Assembly (NCBI GenBank): GCA_964513245.1
Contig: CAZELO010000009.1
Location: 15,249-79,248, forward strand
DNA: 64,000 bases
Reading direction: 5' to 3'
From: an uncultured Candidatus Bathyarchaeia archaeon
GTDB taxonomy: Archaea; Thermoproteota; Bathyarchaeia; Bathyarchaeales; DTEX01
Every line of letters begins with the position of its first letter. The first letter of the stretch is position 1. The translations under genes were made by a program, and so were the position numbers. Of this stretch, positions 30,065 to 39,265 are shown piece by piece. The notes under the pieces were generated by a model, which ran no database searches, was not told the origin of the DNA, and worked only from the letters and a program-made list of their open reading frames with translations.

Positions 30065-30370
30065 TTAGGGTTTGCCTTCAAGGTATTTCAGTCTTTGAAA
30101 CATCTTGGAGACTTCTTTGGCAACCTCGTTCTCAAGGTTGATCTGATAGGTCCTCGGCGTGAACGGATACTGTTTGATCCAGCCTAGCTCAACAAGCACT
30201 TTAAGGTGCTCTTCCACCGTTGGCGTTCTGAGCCCCGTGGCTTTCACCAAGGCGTATCTCGTGAATGCCTCGTCGGGATGCAGGATCAGGTGCGCCAGGA
30301 TTCTGAATTTGCTTCCGCCGCCGAATCCTTTTTCTAGGGTTTCCCAGATGTCATGTTCTTTGCTTTTCAT
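30065..30370 (-). CDS. winged-helix DNA-binding protein
   Basis: Small wHTH pattern; 4-bp overlap with orc1/cdc6. Confidence 0.4.
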   Translation of the reverse strand: MKSKEHDIWETLEKGFGGGSKFRILAHLILHPDEAFTRYALVKATGLRTPTVEEHLKVLVELGWIKQYPFTPRTYQINLENEVAKEVSKMFQRLKYLEGKP

Positions 30371-31581
30371 CGGTGGTCCTGCCTTAGTTGTTGTGTGAGG
30401 TTGTTCAGGAATTTTTCGAGGTCCGTAAGCGAGGCTCCTGTGATGCCGAGTTCGGTTAGAGACTTCATTTCGACTATGCCTCTGTGGATGAGGTCCTGCA
30501 GGTGTTCCTCGAATTTTTCTGTGGGCTTTGCGCCGTGCTCTTCGCAGAGGACTTCGTAGCTTAGCTTCGCGTCTCTCAAGCCGATGTAGGCTGACCTGTT
30601 CGCTTGCAGGCTTTGCACGAAGGCTAGAAGGATGAGCCTGTTTGTTTCGTCCAGGTTTGTGATGTCCTCTGATGTGACGGTTGGGTTCGTCTCGCTGTAG
30701 ACCTTTCTAACGTGGTCGGGCAGAACACTTTTTGAGCCTGTGTTCTCGGCTAGCGTGCCCGCATAGTACAGCAGTTCCAGCCCGACGCGTAGGTCGCCGT
30801 TCACAGGCGGGTTAGCCGTTATGTCGCTTATGAGCCCCAAAGTCTCTTCGTTCACCGCATTGGGGCAGAAAGCCTCTGCAATCCGCTCTTCGAGTATGTC
30901 TCGGATTTGGCGGGCTGTGTATCTTGGGAACTCGATTATGCCCATTCCGAGGGTGGATTTCTCGCTGGGTTCCAGCATGCTGTGCCACTTCAGCGACCTT
31001 GCGATGAATATTTCGCCGATCACTGGCGGTGGTTCGCCGGGATGCATTTCGGGGATGCGTGTCAGGTCGTAGATTATGTGTTCGCGGGGGTTCGTCTGGA
31101 CGAAGTAGTCTATCTCGTCGAAGGTGATTATGAGGCGCCTGCCGTCAACCCGCAGGTACTCGATGAGCTGCCTGATCATCTCTTCCGGGCTCAGGCTCCG
31201 CGTCGAGATCTGCGTCGTCACCTTTCTGACGAGGTTTCCGAAGAGGACGAAGCGGGTTGTGCCGTCGACCTTGCAGTTGACGTAGACGTGCTGCAGGTTG
31301 ACGCCTTCCTTCTCTGCGTACGCGGTGATGGCTTCGCCGAACTTCAGCGTTGTGCAGGTTTTGCCGGTTCCCGTGTTGCCGATTATCTGCGTGTATCGGG
31401 GATAGGCATTCTCGACATTTTTGACCGTTTCGCCATAGATGGCGTGGAGCCGCTGCATCTGGTCGTCTCTGTGGCGTAGACACTTCGGGATATAGTACGG
31501 CGAAAGCTTGTTCCTATCCGTGAAGATCGGCGAGCCACGCAGAGACATTGATCCAAACCTGACAGAATATATCTCGATCAC
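30367..31581 (-). CDS. cdc6: Orc1/Cdc6 replication initiator (AAA+ with C-terminal wH)
   Basis: IGNTGTGKT Walker A, DEIDY Walker B, 404 aa. Confidence 0.85.
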   Translation of the reverse strand: MIEIYSVRFGSMSLRGSPIFTDRNKLSPYYIPKCLRHRDDQMQRLHAIYGETVKNVENAYPRYTQIIGNTGTGKTCTTLKFGEAITAYAEKEGVNLQHVYVNCKVDGTTRFVLFGNLVRKVTTQISTRSLSPEEMIRQLIEYLRVDGRRLIITFDEIDYFVQTNPREHIIYDLTRIPEMHPGEPPPVIGEIFIARSLKWHSMLEPSEKSTLGMGIIEFPRYTARQIRDILEERIAEAFCPNAVNEETLGLISDITANPPVNGDLRVGLELLYYAGTLAENTGSKSVLPDHVRKVYSETNPTVTSEDITNLDETNRLILLAFVQSLQANRSAYIGLRDAKLSYEVLCEEHGAKPTEKFEEHLQDLIHRGIVEMKSLTELGITGASLTDLEKFLNNLTQQLRQDHR

Positions 31582-31734
31582 AAGCCTATAAACCTAACAA
31601 CTGTTCTGGGTCTGTGGTCTCGTTTCGCTGTTTCATTGTGTTTTCTGTAGACTTGAAGGGTGGCGTCTTCGTTGAGACAGTAAAACTTATATTGGACTTA
31701 ATCTGAACTAATAGTGGACTTGAGGTAAACCGTC

Positions 31735-32151
31735 ATGGAAGTTCCTCTTTTGGGCAGAACATATGCCTTCGATCTCTTGAGAGTCCTTGCAGGCGGAAGG
31801 TTGACTTTCACTGGTCTACTTAACGAGGTGAAGGTTTCCCGCACAACCCTCAGCAACACGCTTCAAGCCTTAGCCGATGAGGGCTACGTCAGCAAAGAAG
31901 CCATCGGACGATACACGGTCTATCGCATCTCAGAAAAAGGCATCCAAACCCTTCAGCTCCGATCACAAACAGACGGAGCCCTATTAGAGCATCTGACCGA
32001 TTATGTTCTCAAACGGCTTAAGGAAAGGGGTTTGCTCCAACAATATGATGTTGACAGAAGGGAGCTTTCCGAGGAGATACAGAAACGAACCCATAAGCTT
32101 CTGAAAGAAATAGTTGAAGATGTCGAGAAAACCATCACGGAGGGAGAATAA
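31735..32151 (+). CDS. winged-helix transcriptional regulator
   Basis: HTH pattern; first gene of the paralog array operon. Confidence 0.45.
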   Translation: MEVPLLGRTYAFDLLRVLAGGRLTFTGLLNEVKVSRTTLSNTLQALADEGYVSKEAIGRYTVYRISEKGIQTLQLRSQTDGALLEHLTDYVLKRLKERGLLQQYDVDRRELSEEIQKRTHKLLKEIVEDVEKTITEGE

Positions 32152-32153
32152 TC

Positions 32154-33194
32154 ATGATGGACAACTTCTCCGAGAGTCTAGATTTTCCTATCCCGGACGA
32201 AGTTAAAAAAGCGATCGAAGAGATCCTTGTGGACGGAAAGGTAAACGAAGAATTGACGAGGACAGCGATCCTCAAGTTGCTTAAAGGAAAGGGAGGCGAA
32301 ATCAGATTGGTGAAAATGCCGGGAGAAAGCACGGGGCTACAAGTCGGAGGGTATGAGGAAGGTGACATTTCTGCTTTGGTCGAGATAGTGAATGAAAACT
32401 ATGTGGACTATGCCGACTTTTTCTACGAATTCATTCCCTACAGCGAAGAAACATTCCGTTCGGCGGTTAGAGCTCGACCTGTTGTCTTTGTGGCGAAAAG
32501 TCAGACAATCGAAGGCTTCATAGCATGCAGTGCGGATTGGGGCGTCAGGATAGACATGTTCTGCGTCAAACCGGGGCCTAACAGAACAAAAATCGAAGAT
32601 ATACTCATCTCAAGAGTCGAAGAAGAGGCAAAAAACCGCAAAGTTACCGTTTGGCTTAGCTCCGACAGTCGTATCGCAAAGTTTGAAAAGAGAGGCTACG
32701 AAGTCTATGGCGGATTTTACCACCTCGTGAGGAGTCTGCACAATGTCCCTGCGATTCCGCCACTGCCAGAGGGAGTTACCCTGAGAGGAATGGCTAAGGG
32801 AGAAGAGAAAACGATTACACAGACCTTTTATGATCCAAACCATGTCGGCACTAGCATCTTTAAGCCCGGATTCACAAAAACTTGGAAAGAAGACTGGAAC
32901 CACGTAGCAGAGTTGAATGGAAAAATCATCGCCATTATCTGCACCAGACCTGACCACAAGTTCAACGCGCACTTCAATGCGAAGAGGGCTGAAATCTGGG
33001 GACCGATTGTGCTTTCTGAGCACCGGGGAAAAGGCATTGAAAAAGCGTTCGAGTGTTACGCTCTGCGTTCCCTTCGGGAGAAGGAGATGGAAGTAGCCAC
33101 CGTATGGGATGTCGAATGGCCGCCTGAACCCACGAACCTTGAAATGAGCCTAGGTTTCAGGGTGAAAAATTATTGGAAATTCATGCGCAAGTAA
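32154..33194 (+). CDS. protein with conserved ~55-aa N-terminal module fused to two GNAT-like acetyltransferase domains
   Basis: N-module FPIPDEVKKAIEEIL...KGKGGEIRL; GNAT motif A-like HRGKGIEKA. Confidence 0.4.
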   Translation: MMDNFSESLDFPIPDEVKKAIEEILVDGKVNEELTRTAILKLLKGKGGEIRLVKMPGESTGLQVGGYEEGDISALVEIVNENYVDYADFFYEFIPYSEETFRSAVRARPVVFVAKSQTIEGFIACSADWGVRIDMFCVKPGPNRTKIEDILISRVEEEAKNRKVTVWLSSDSRIAKFEKRGYEVYGGFYHLVRSLHNVPAIPPLPEGVTLRGMAKGEEKTITQTFYDPNHVGTSIFKPGFTKTWKEDWNHVAELNGKIIAIICTRPDHKFNAHFNAKRAEIWGPIVLSEHRGKGIEKAFECYALRSLREKEMEVATVWDVEWPPEPTNLEMSLGFRVKNYWKFMRK

Positions 33195-33225
33195 GATTAT
33201 TGCGTTTCACATAAGGTCCCAAGAA

Positions 33226-34242
33226 TTGGGGAGAGTAGATATGGAAGACAAGTTTCTTGATGTGTTCGAGTTTCCTCTTCCGGATGATGTGAAGAGGACG
33301 ATTGAAGAGATTCTGAGGGAGGAAGGAGCCAGAAAGGAACTGATGAGGATGGCACTCCTTGAATTCGTGAAAAGAAAGGGAGGCGAGATTAGATTGAGCG
33401 TTAATCAGTCCAGAAGCCTTGATAACTTGGAGCAGATGATCAATGTTTCTTCAAGATATGCTGAGAAGTATCAAGATCATCCGCTCATAGAAGGCGCCGT
33501 CTTGCTGAGTCCTCATATGAAGATCGGCGAAGAGTACGACTTTGAAATCCTCTTCGTACTTTCAGATGCGGCATTGCCCCCGATGATGGGGGAATGGAAG
33601 AAAGGCATGGGAGACAAACCAATAGGAGGTTTGTGGGATGAGTGGGAGATCTTCAACGACAAGACTCTTCCTTTCGATGAGGATAAGTTTGAGGGAAAGA
33701 TTGTTCATCCCATGTTTATGACGCCAACAGTGATAAAGAATGAATTGGCTGATGCGCAGAAGCATCCCACGCTGGCACTTTCGTTGTTCCAATATGGCGT
33801 CACCGTCTATGATAAGCGGGGTATGGTCAAAAAGATAGTCAGTGAGATACTTCCCCCTTCCGAAGAATACTTCAAGCATTGGAAAAAGAAGAGATATGGA
33901 GAATTCGAGAATCTGCTGTGGAGCCTAGAAAGTTTTCTTGAAGAGGGCGATACGGCTTCGGCGGAAATAGTATCCGTTGACGCTGTCAAAACTTTTCTTC
34001 AACTTATGTTCTCCGTGGACAAGAAAATAGAACCCCATCAACATCCAGGGTCCAAAAGAATTCTGTCAGCTTCAAGGAAACATCTTTCGCCAGAAATCGC
34101 GGAACACGTTGAAAATGTATTAGCAACTCACGATCTGCGTGAACGACTAAAGCTATTGCAGGACCTACGTTCATCAGTAGCCGAGAAGGACGAATGGATG
34201 AAAAAATATCATGAAACCCTCATGAAATACAGGAAAGAATGA
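33226..34242 (+). CDS. paralog with the same N-terminal module fused to a putative nucleotidyltransferase-like core and helical C-terminal domain
   Basis: N-module FPLPDDVKRTIEEIL...KRKGGEIRL; G..S...DFEILFVLSD resembles a minimal NTase motif. Confidence 0.3.
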   Translation: MGRVDMEDKFLDVFEFPLPDDVKRTIEEILREEGARKELMRMALLEFVKRKGGEIRLSVNQSRSLDNLEQMINVSSRYAEKYQDHPLIEGAVLLSPHMKIGEEYDFEILFVLSDAALPPMMGEWKKGMGDKPIGGLWDEWEIFNDKTLPFDEDKFEGKIVHPMFMTPTVIKNELADAQKHPTLALSLFQYGVTVYDKRGMVKKIVSEILPPSEEYFKHWKKKRYGEFENLLWSLESFLEEGDTASAEIVSVDAVKTFLQLMFSVDKKIEPHQHPGSKRILSASRKHLSPEIAEHVENVLATHDLRERLKLLQDLRSSVAEKDEWMKKYHETLMKYRKE

Positions 34243-34245
34243 GAA

Positions 34246-34374
34246 ATGGAAGATACGCCGCCTGAGTTTCTTAGTCTTCCTCTAGCAGACGATGTTAGGA
34301 AAGCAATCGAAGAGATCCTTCAAGAACAAGACACATCAGTTGGAAGCAGATCATCGCACAGTCACCATTAGATT
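34246..34374 (+). pseudogene. truncated third copy of the shared N-terminal module (42 aa)
   Basis: Own translation: MEDTPPEFLSLPLADDVRKAIEEILQEQDTSVGSRSSHSHH then stop. Confidence 0.45.
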
Positions 34375-34511
34375 CAAATCCTAAGACGCGAAGCAACGGA
34401 GAGGCCGTCCTTTGTTGGACAAAGCGGAAGAACGAATGTTGCGCAAAATAGGATCTGCACCGGTAAGTTGCTTTTGATAATCATTATCAATTCGGAATTC
34501 TGGTTGTTAAT

Positions 34512-34680
34512 CAAATCTACAAAGTCTGCCGGTAGGCTCCCATTTGTCAGTGACTGACAAAACAGAAAAAATTTTGTCAGACAAATCTACAAAGGCACTC
34601 TGGCAGGCTCTCTGCCGTTCGACAGTCACTGTCAAAACACAGGAAAATTTGACAGTCAAATCTACAAGGGTCCTCTCATC
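34512..34680. repeat. tandem direct repeat, 2.3 copies of a 70-76 bp unit with embedded perfect palindromes
   Basis: CAAATCTACAAAG at 34512, 34582, 34658; TGTCAGTgACTGACA and GACAGTcACTGTC; GGCAGgctctCTGCC. Confidence 0.6.
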
Positions 34681-34750
34681 TCAGCGCCCGCTTTTGCTCA
34701 TCAGTACAGCGGTTGCCCCAGCGTTCTCTGAGGCATCAAAGAAAGAGCGG

Positions 34751-35527
34751 TTAGGGGAGTTTTTCGAGTTCTTTTGCGTGTCCCCTTATTGGCATCTGTC
34801 TTTTGGTTGGTGCTGCCCAGTGTGCGGCGTTCGTGATTATTCTGAGGACGTTTGGGTCGTAATAGGTCGGGTAGGTCTCGTGTCCCGGCTGGAAGTAGAA
34901 GATTTTGCCTGAGCCCCTGTAGAAGCAGCAGCCGCTGCGGAAGACTTCTCCGCCTTTGAACCAGCCTATGAGCACGAGCTCGTCGGGCTGAGGTATGTCG
35001 AAGTGTTCGCCGTACATTTCTTCGTGCTCAAGTTCGAAGTAGTCGCCGATGCCCCCGACAATCTGGTGCCCCGGAGACACAACCCACAAACGTTCCTTCT
35101 CGCCGGCTTCCCGCCACTTCAGGTTGCACGTGGCGCCCATAAGCCGCTTGAAAATCTTCGAGAAATGAGCCGAATGAAGCGCAATCAGCCCCATGCCCTC
35201 GTTCACTATCCTGCTGTAAATCTTGTCAACGACAAGGTCGCTCACCTTCGCATGCGCCGCATGCCCCCACCAAACAAGCACATCAGTGACCCCGAGAACC
35301 CCGTCAGTCAACCCATGCTCAGGCTCGTCAAGAGTAGCCGTCCGAACCTCGAAACCAGCCTGACCACGCAGGTGCTTCGCTATGGCGCCATGTATGCCCT
35401 CGGGATAGACCGCCGCAACCTTCGGACTCGTCTTCTCATGCTGAAATTCGTTCCACACCGTGACCCGTACGGTTCCGCCCATTCCGTCCACCCGGGCAAT
35501 AGTTGAGTCAAGACCGAGAGATAACAT
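34751..35527 (-). CDS. ThuA-family class I glutamine amidotransferase-like protein
   Basis: [15 protein letters not shown] patterns. Confidence 0.55.
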   Translation of the reverse strand: MLSLGLDSTIARVDGMGGTVRVTVWNEFQHEKTSPKVAAVYPEGIHGAIAKHLRGQAGFEVRTATLDEPEHGLTDGVLGVTDVLVWWGHAAHAKVSDLVVDKIYSRIVNEGMGLIALHSAHFSKIFKRLMGATCNLKWREAGEKERLWVVSPGHQIVGGIGDYFELEHEEMYGEHFDIPQPDELVLIGWFKGGEVFRSGCCFYRGSGKIFYFQPGHETYPTYYDPNVLRIITNAAHWAAPTKRQMPIRGHAKELEKLP

Positions 35528-35637
35528 TTTCCGTATGATTGGCGGGGCGACCTAAACGTTTCTTGATTTATAAGTACCGATGCCCTATCTTCACTGCATT
35601 GCCTATCGTCGGTCATCCAAACGTGGTGTGACATTCC

Positions 35638-36720
35638 ATGAACAACAGGGAACGCTTCTCAGCCTGCATGAACTACGAGAGTTTCGATCGGGTGCCCCTC
35701 TGGGAGTTCTGGGGATTCGAAACGGAGACCATTAACCGCTGGCACCGCGAGGGACTGCTGGACATGAGTGTAACCGATTTCTTCGAGCTGGACACGTGGG
35801 AACTCGTCCAGATAGATTCGGGATCCATCCCCAGATTCGTCTCAAAAACCATCAGCGAAGACGAGAGATACAGGATCGTGAACAGGGAAGACGGCGTCAC
35901 CGTCAAAGTCTCACGCGACAGACCGAACATGATCTACATCGGCTTAGACTACCCAGTCAAGAACCGAACAGATTTCGAAAGAATAAAGAAACGATATAAA
36001 CCAACAGACATGATGAGATACCCGAAGGCATGGTCCGACGAACTGCTGGACTACTATGAAGAGGCGGAACACCCCATCGGACTTTGGGCACCAGGCTTCT
36101 TCAGGCAGGCGCAGAACCACTGGATGGGAACAAAAGAAACGCTTGTCGCCTTTCATAAAGACCCGAAGCTCGTCCACGAGATGTTCAGTTTCTGGGCAGA
36201 ATTCCTCATCGAAGCCATGAGGCAAGTTGTTGAAAACGCAAAAATCGATTTCGTATGCCTCACCGAGGACATTGCTGGCAGAGACGGAGCGCTCATCTCG
36301 CCCAGAATGTACAGCGAATTCATTCTGCCCTATGAAAAAGAAGTGCTCGCCTTCTTCAAGAAGAACGGGATAGCCACTCTCATGGTGGACTGCAGCGGAA
36401 ACATAGAGCATCTTATACCCGTCTTTCTTGAGGCGGGATACAACTGCCTGACCCCTGTTGAGACGCAGGCTGGAATGGACGTCTTGCAGCTGAACAAAGC
36501 GTACGGCAAGAAACTCCGCTACATAGGGAACATGTCGCTCCAAGCCATCGTTGAAGGCGGAGAAATCATCGAGAAGGAGGTCGAGTACAAGGCTTCTCTG
36601 GTCAAAAAAGGAGGATACATACCGAGCACTGACGACATAGTGTCCCCAGATGTCCCCCTCAAAAACTACACTCGCTACCTCAACATTCTCAAAACACTCC
36701 TGTCACCGCATGGCTCCTAA
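35638..36720 (+). CDS. uroporphyrinogen decarboxylase (URO-D) family protein, paralog 1
   Basis: URO-D/MtaA-like fold; paralogous to 54395 and 58162. Confidence 0.55.
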   Translation: MNNRERFSACMNYESFDRVPLWEFWGFETETINRWHREGLLDMSVTDFFELDTWELVQIDSGSIPRFVSKTISEDERYRIVNREDGVTVKVSRDRPNMIYIGLDYPVKNRTDFERIKKRYKPTDMMRYPKAWSDELLDYYEEAEHPIGLWAPGFFRQAQNHWMGTKETLVAFHKDPKLVHEMFSFWAEFLIEAMRQVVENAKIDFVCLTEDIAGRDGALISPRMYSEFILPYEKEVLAFFKKNGIATLMVDCSGNIEHLIPVFLEAGYNCLTPVETQAGMDVLQLNKAYGKKLRYIGNMSLQAIVEGGEIIEKEVEYKASLVKKGGYIPSTDDIVSPDVPLKNYTRYLNILKTLLSPHGS

Positions 36721-37034
36721 ATCTAGCTGACTTCGGCATGAACATCAGCTGAGTGTCGCTTGGGAATGTGGTTCAACGCTGAGTTCTAGGGAACACGGCA
36801 TTACTACATGCTTTGGATTAGAGAACCCAGCAGAGCGCCTATTCGTCTTCCTAGCTGCAGAATGAACATTAACGCCGAAGTCAGGTTCATATAGTTCTCT
36901 TGTTTAAGGCTTGAACCTATGTCTGAGAGCGTATTCTCAGTCGTTGTCTTTTCCTTTTTGATGCCACGATTGAGAGTTGTGGAGGGAGGAAAGTGACTTT
37001 GGGGTTCGTACCTATGGTCGATAAGGGATAACTA

Positions 37035-37625
37035 ATGTCTGTGCCCTTCAGGTTACGTGTGACCGATATGACAATGTTGGACCACAGAGAGTTCATTGTT
37101 GACCAAAGGTTCCTCTCAGTTAGAAACACCTACGTCATCAAAGACAGATCCGAGGAACAACTAGGCTACATAAAGCAGGAGTTCGTCAGTCTGGGACCCA
37201 AATTCTGGCTAGAAGACAACAACGGCGTCCACCTAGGCGTGGTCGACGGAAAGGTCATCAGCATTCACAACGAGTACGAAATAAAGGACAAAGACGGGCA
37301 ACTTAAAGCCAGAATCAAAAAGAAGATTCTGAAGTTCTTCGGAAGCGAATGGTGGATGGAAGACCCCGACGGTCGCGAAATAGCCCGAATAAAGGGCAAC
37401 GTCGTCCGCCACACATATGACATGATCGCGCCTGACAAAAGCGTCATAGCCAAGGTACATCTCAACTGGGTAACCATCAGCGACGAATACTGCGTCGAAA
37501 TGGTAAGACAAGACTTCGATCCGTTGCTGGCGCTAGGCTACGCAGTCGCCATGGACCACGTAGAACATCAAGGCAGAACCACCGTGTCAAGCGGAAAAAT
37601 CCTCGGAAGACTTCTGGGACGATAA
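37035..37625 (+). CDS. LURP-one-related / DUF567 (tubby C-terminal-like) protein
   Basis: Repetitive beta-rich pattern typical of the family. Confidence 0.3.
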   Translation: MSVPFRLRVTDMTMLDHREFIVDQRFLSVRNTYVIKDRSEEQLGYIKQEFVSLGPKFWLEDNNGVHLGVVDGKVISIHNEYEIKDKDGQLKARIKKKILKFFGSEWWMEDPDGREIARIKGNVVRHTYDMIAPDKSVIAKVHLNWVTISDEYCVEMVRQDFDPLLALGYAVAMDHVEHQGRTTVSSGKILGRLLGR

Positions 37626-37876
37626 AGCCAACATACGCGGCACCGCTTAGAAGAACGTTTTTCCCGGTCCGAAGAACAAAACAAAGGTAAAGCCAAAGTT
37701 ACAGCGTCCCACAAAAAGGCAAGCATCTATTCATTTTTCCTGCATCTCTCGATAATTCACCATGCCTTTAAATCTGACAAATGAAAATATGAAATAGACT
37801 ACGGAGGAACAACCATGACAGAAACGGAATGCATGCTTCCAGATTCGCTCAAAGAACGGGGAGAGGACTGCTGAGG

Positions 37877-39262
37877 ATGACCCACCAATACATCCCCAAC
37901 GAAGCGGAAGAAATCCAAGGGAAGCTAAAGAAAGAAATCGGCATCAAGAGCATCGAAGAACTATTCTCGGATGTACCCGAAGAAATCCGCTTGAAAAACC
38001 CCCTTTCCCTGCCCAAACCCCATTCTGAGATCGAGGTCAGGCGGGAGATAGAAAAGATCCTCCGAAAAAACTGCACAACCAAGGAGATAACGTCTTTCCT
38101 CGGAGCCGGTGTCTGGCCGCATTTTGTACCTGCAGCAGTAGACGCTGTCGCTTCGAGAAGCGAATTCTTGACATGCTATACTCCCTATCAACCAGAGATC
38201 AGCCAAGGACTCCTTCAGGCGCTTTTCGAGTATCAAAGCATGATCTGCGAACTTTTGGACATGGAAGTTGCCAACTGCTCGATGTATGACTGGGCGTCTT
38301 CTTTGGGCGAGGCGGCACGCATGACGGCACGCGTTACACGACGCAACGGGTTCTTGGTTCCCCGCTACATCAGCCCTGAAAGGATGGCGGTTTTAAGAGC
38401 ATACGCCGAACCCGCTGAAATCAAAATCACAGAAATCAAACAAAGCCCAGTGGACGGCCAAGTCGATCTGGAAGACCTGAAGGAAAAAGTCTCAAAAGAC
38501 ACAGCCGGCGTCTATGTTGAAAACCCCTCGCACTTGGGGTTTCTCATGGATTCAATGAAAGCCATATCTGAAATTGTTCATGACGCCGAAGGATTATTCG
38601 TCACGGGAGTTGACCCTTCCTCCCTAGGCATTCTGAAGACGCCTGGCAATTACGGAGCAGACATCGCCATAGGTGAAGGGCAACCTTTGGGGAATTATAT
38701 GAATTGGGGAGGACCTCTCCTCGGCATCTTTGCCTGCAAGGATGAAGATCGTCTTATGCGGCAGATGCCTGGCAGGATCATAGGAATGACCACGACCCAA
38801 GATGGCGGCGAGAGGGCTTTCTGTATGGTTCTTCAAACTCGGGAGCAGCATATCCGCCGTCACAAGGCAACATCCAACATATGCAGCAATGAAGCCCTAT
38901 GCGCCTTGAGAGCAGCTGTCTACATGGCTCTTCTAGGCAGAGACGGATTCAAAGACCTGGGCGAAGTGATTCTATCCAAGGCTGCCTCTGCCATCAAAAA
39001 TCTTTCCGGCATCCCAGGCTTACGTGTCCCCGTGTTTACGGCATCTCACTTCAAGGAATTTACAGTGAATTTTGATGGCACATCAAAATCTGTTCAAGAA
39101 GTGAACCGCGGACTATCTGAACGAGCAATCTTAGGCGGCAAGCCACTCCGCCGCGAGTTTCCCGAACTAGGAGAAACAGCCCTCTACTGCGTTACCGAGA
39201 TGCATTCCCAAGAAGAAATCGAGAAACTGCGAAAGGAAATCAGAGAAGTCATGGAGGAATAG
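37877..39262 (+). CDS. gcvPA: glycine dehydrogenase (decarboxylating) subunit 1
   Basis: Split GcvP N-terminal subunit; start at MTHQYIP. Confidence 0.85.
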   Translation: MTHQYIPNEAEEIQGKLKKEIGIKSIEELFSDVPEEIRLKNPLSLPKPHSEIEVRREIEKILRKNCTTKEITSFLGAGVWPHFVPAAVDAVASRSEFLTCYTPYQPEISQGLLQALFEYQSMICELLDMEVANCSMYDWASSLGEAARMTARVTRRNGFLVPRYISPERMAVLRAYAEPAEIKITEIKQSPVDGQVDLEDLKEKVSKDTAGVYVENPSHLGFLMDSMKAISEIVHDAEGLFVTGVDPSSLGILKTPGNYGADIAIGEGQPLGNYMNWGGPLLGIFACKDEDRLMRQMPGRIIGMTTTQDGGERAFCMVLQTREQHIRRHKATSNICSNEALCALRAAVYMALLGRDGFKDLGEVILSKAASAIKNLSGIPGLRVPVFTASHFKEFTVNFDGTSKSVQEVNRGLSERAILGGKPLRREFPELGETALYCVTEMHSQEEIEKLRKEIREVMEE

Positions 39263-39265
39263 CAC

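Noticed and set aside
30907-31483. 190-aa plus and 112-aa minus ORFs overlapping orc1/cdc6
   Set aside because: Antisense or alternate-frame shadows. Orc1/Cdc6 motifs are in the annotated frame.
31582-31734. Possible ORB elements upstream of orc1/cdc6
   Set aside because: Only a single weak partial match. No repeated dyad elements or AT-rich DUE.
34544-34912. 122-aa ORF spanning the tandem repeat and the thuA 3' end
   Set aside because: It runs through the repeat array and overlaps ThuA on the opposite strand. Most likely non-coding.
36727-36881. 11-bp long-range inverted repeat (CTGACTTCGGC ... GCCGAAGTCAG) downstream of the URO-D gene
   Set aside because: Single short inverted repeat, likely a fortuitous or simple terminator structure. 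Not enough to call an ncRNA.
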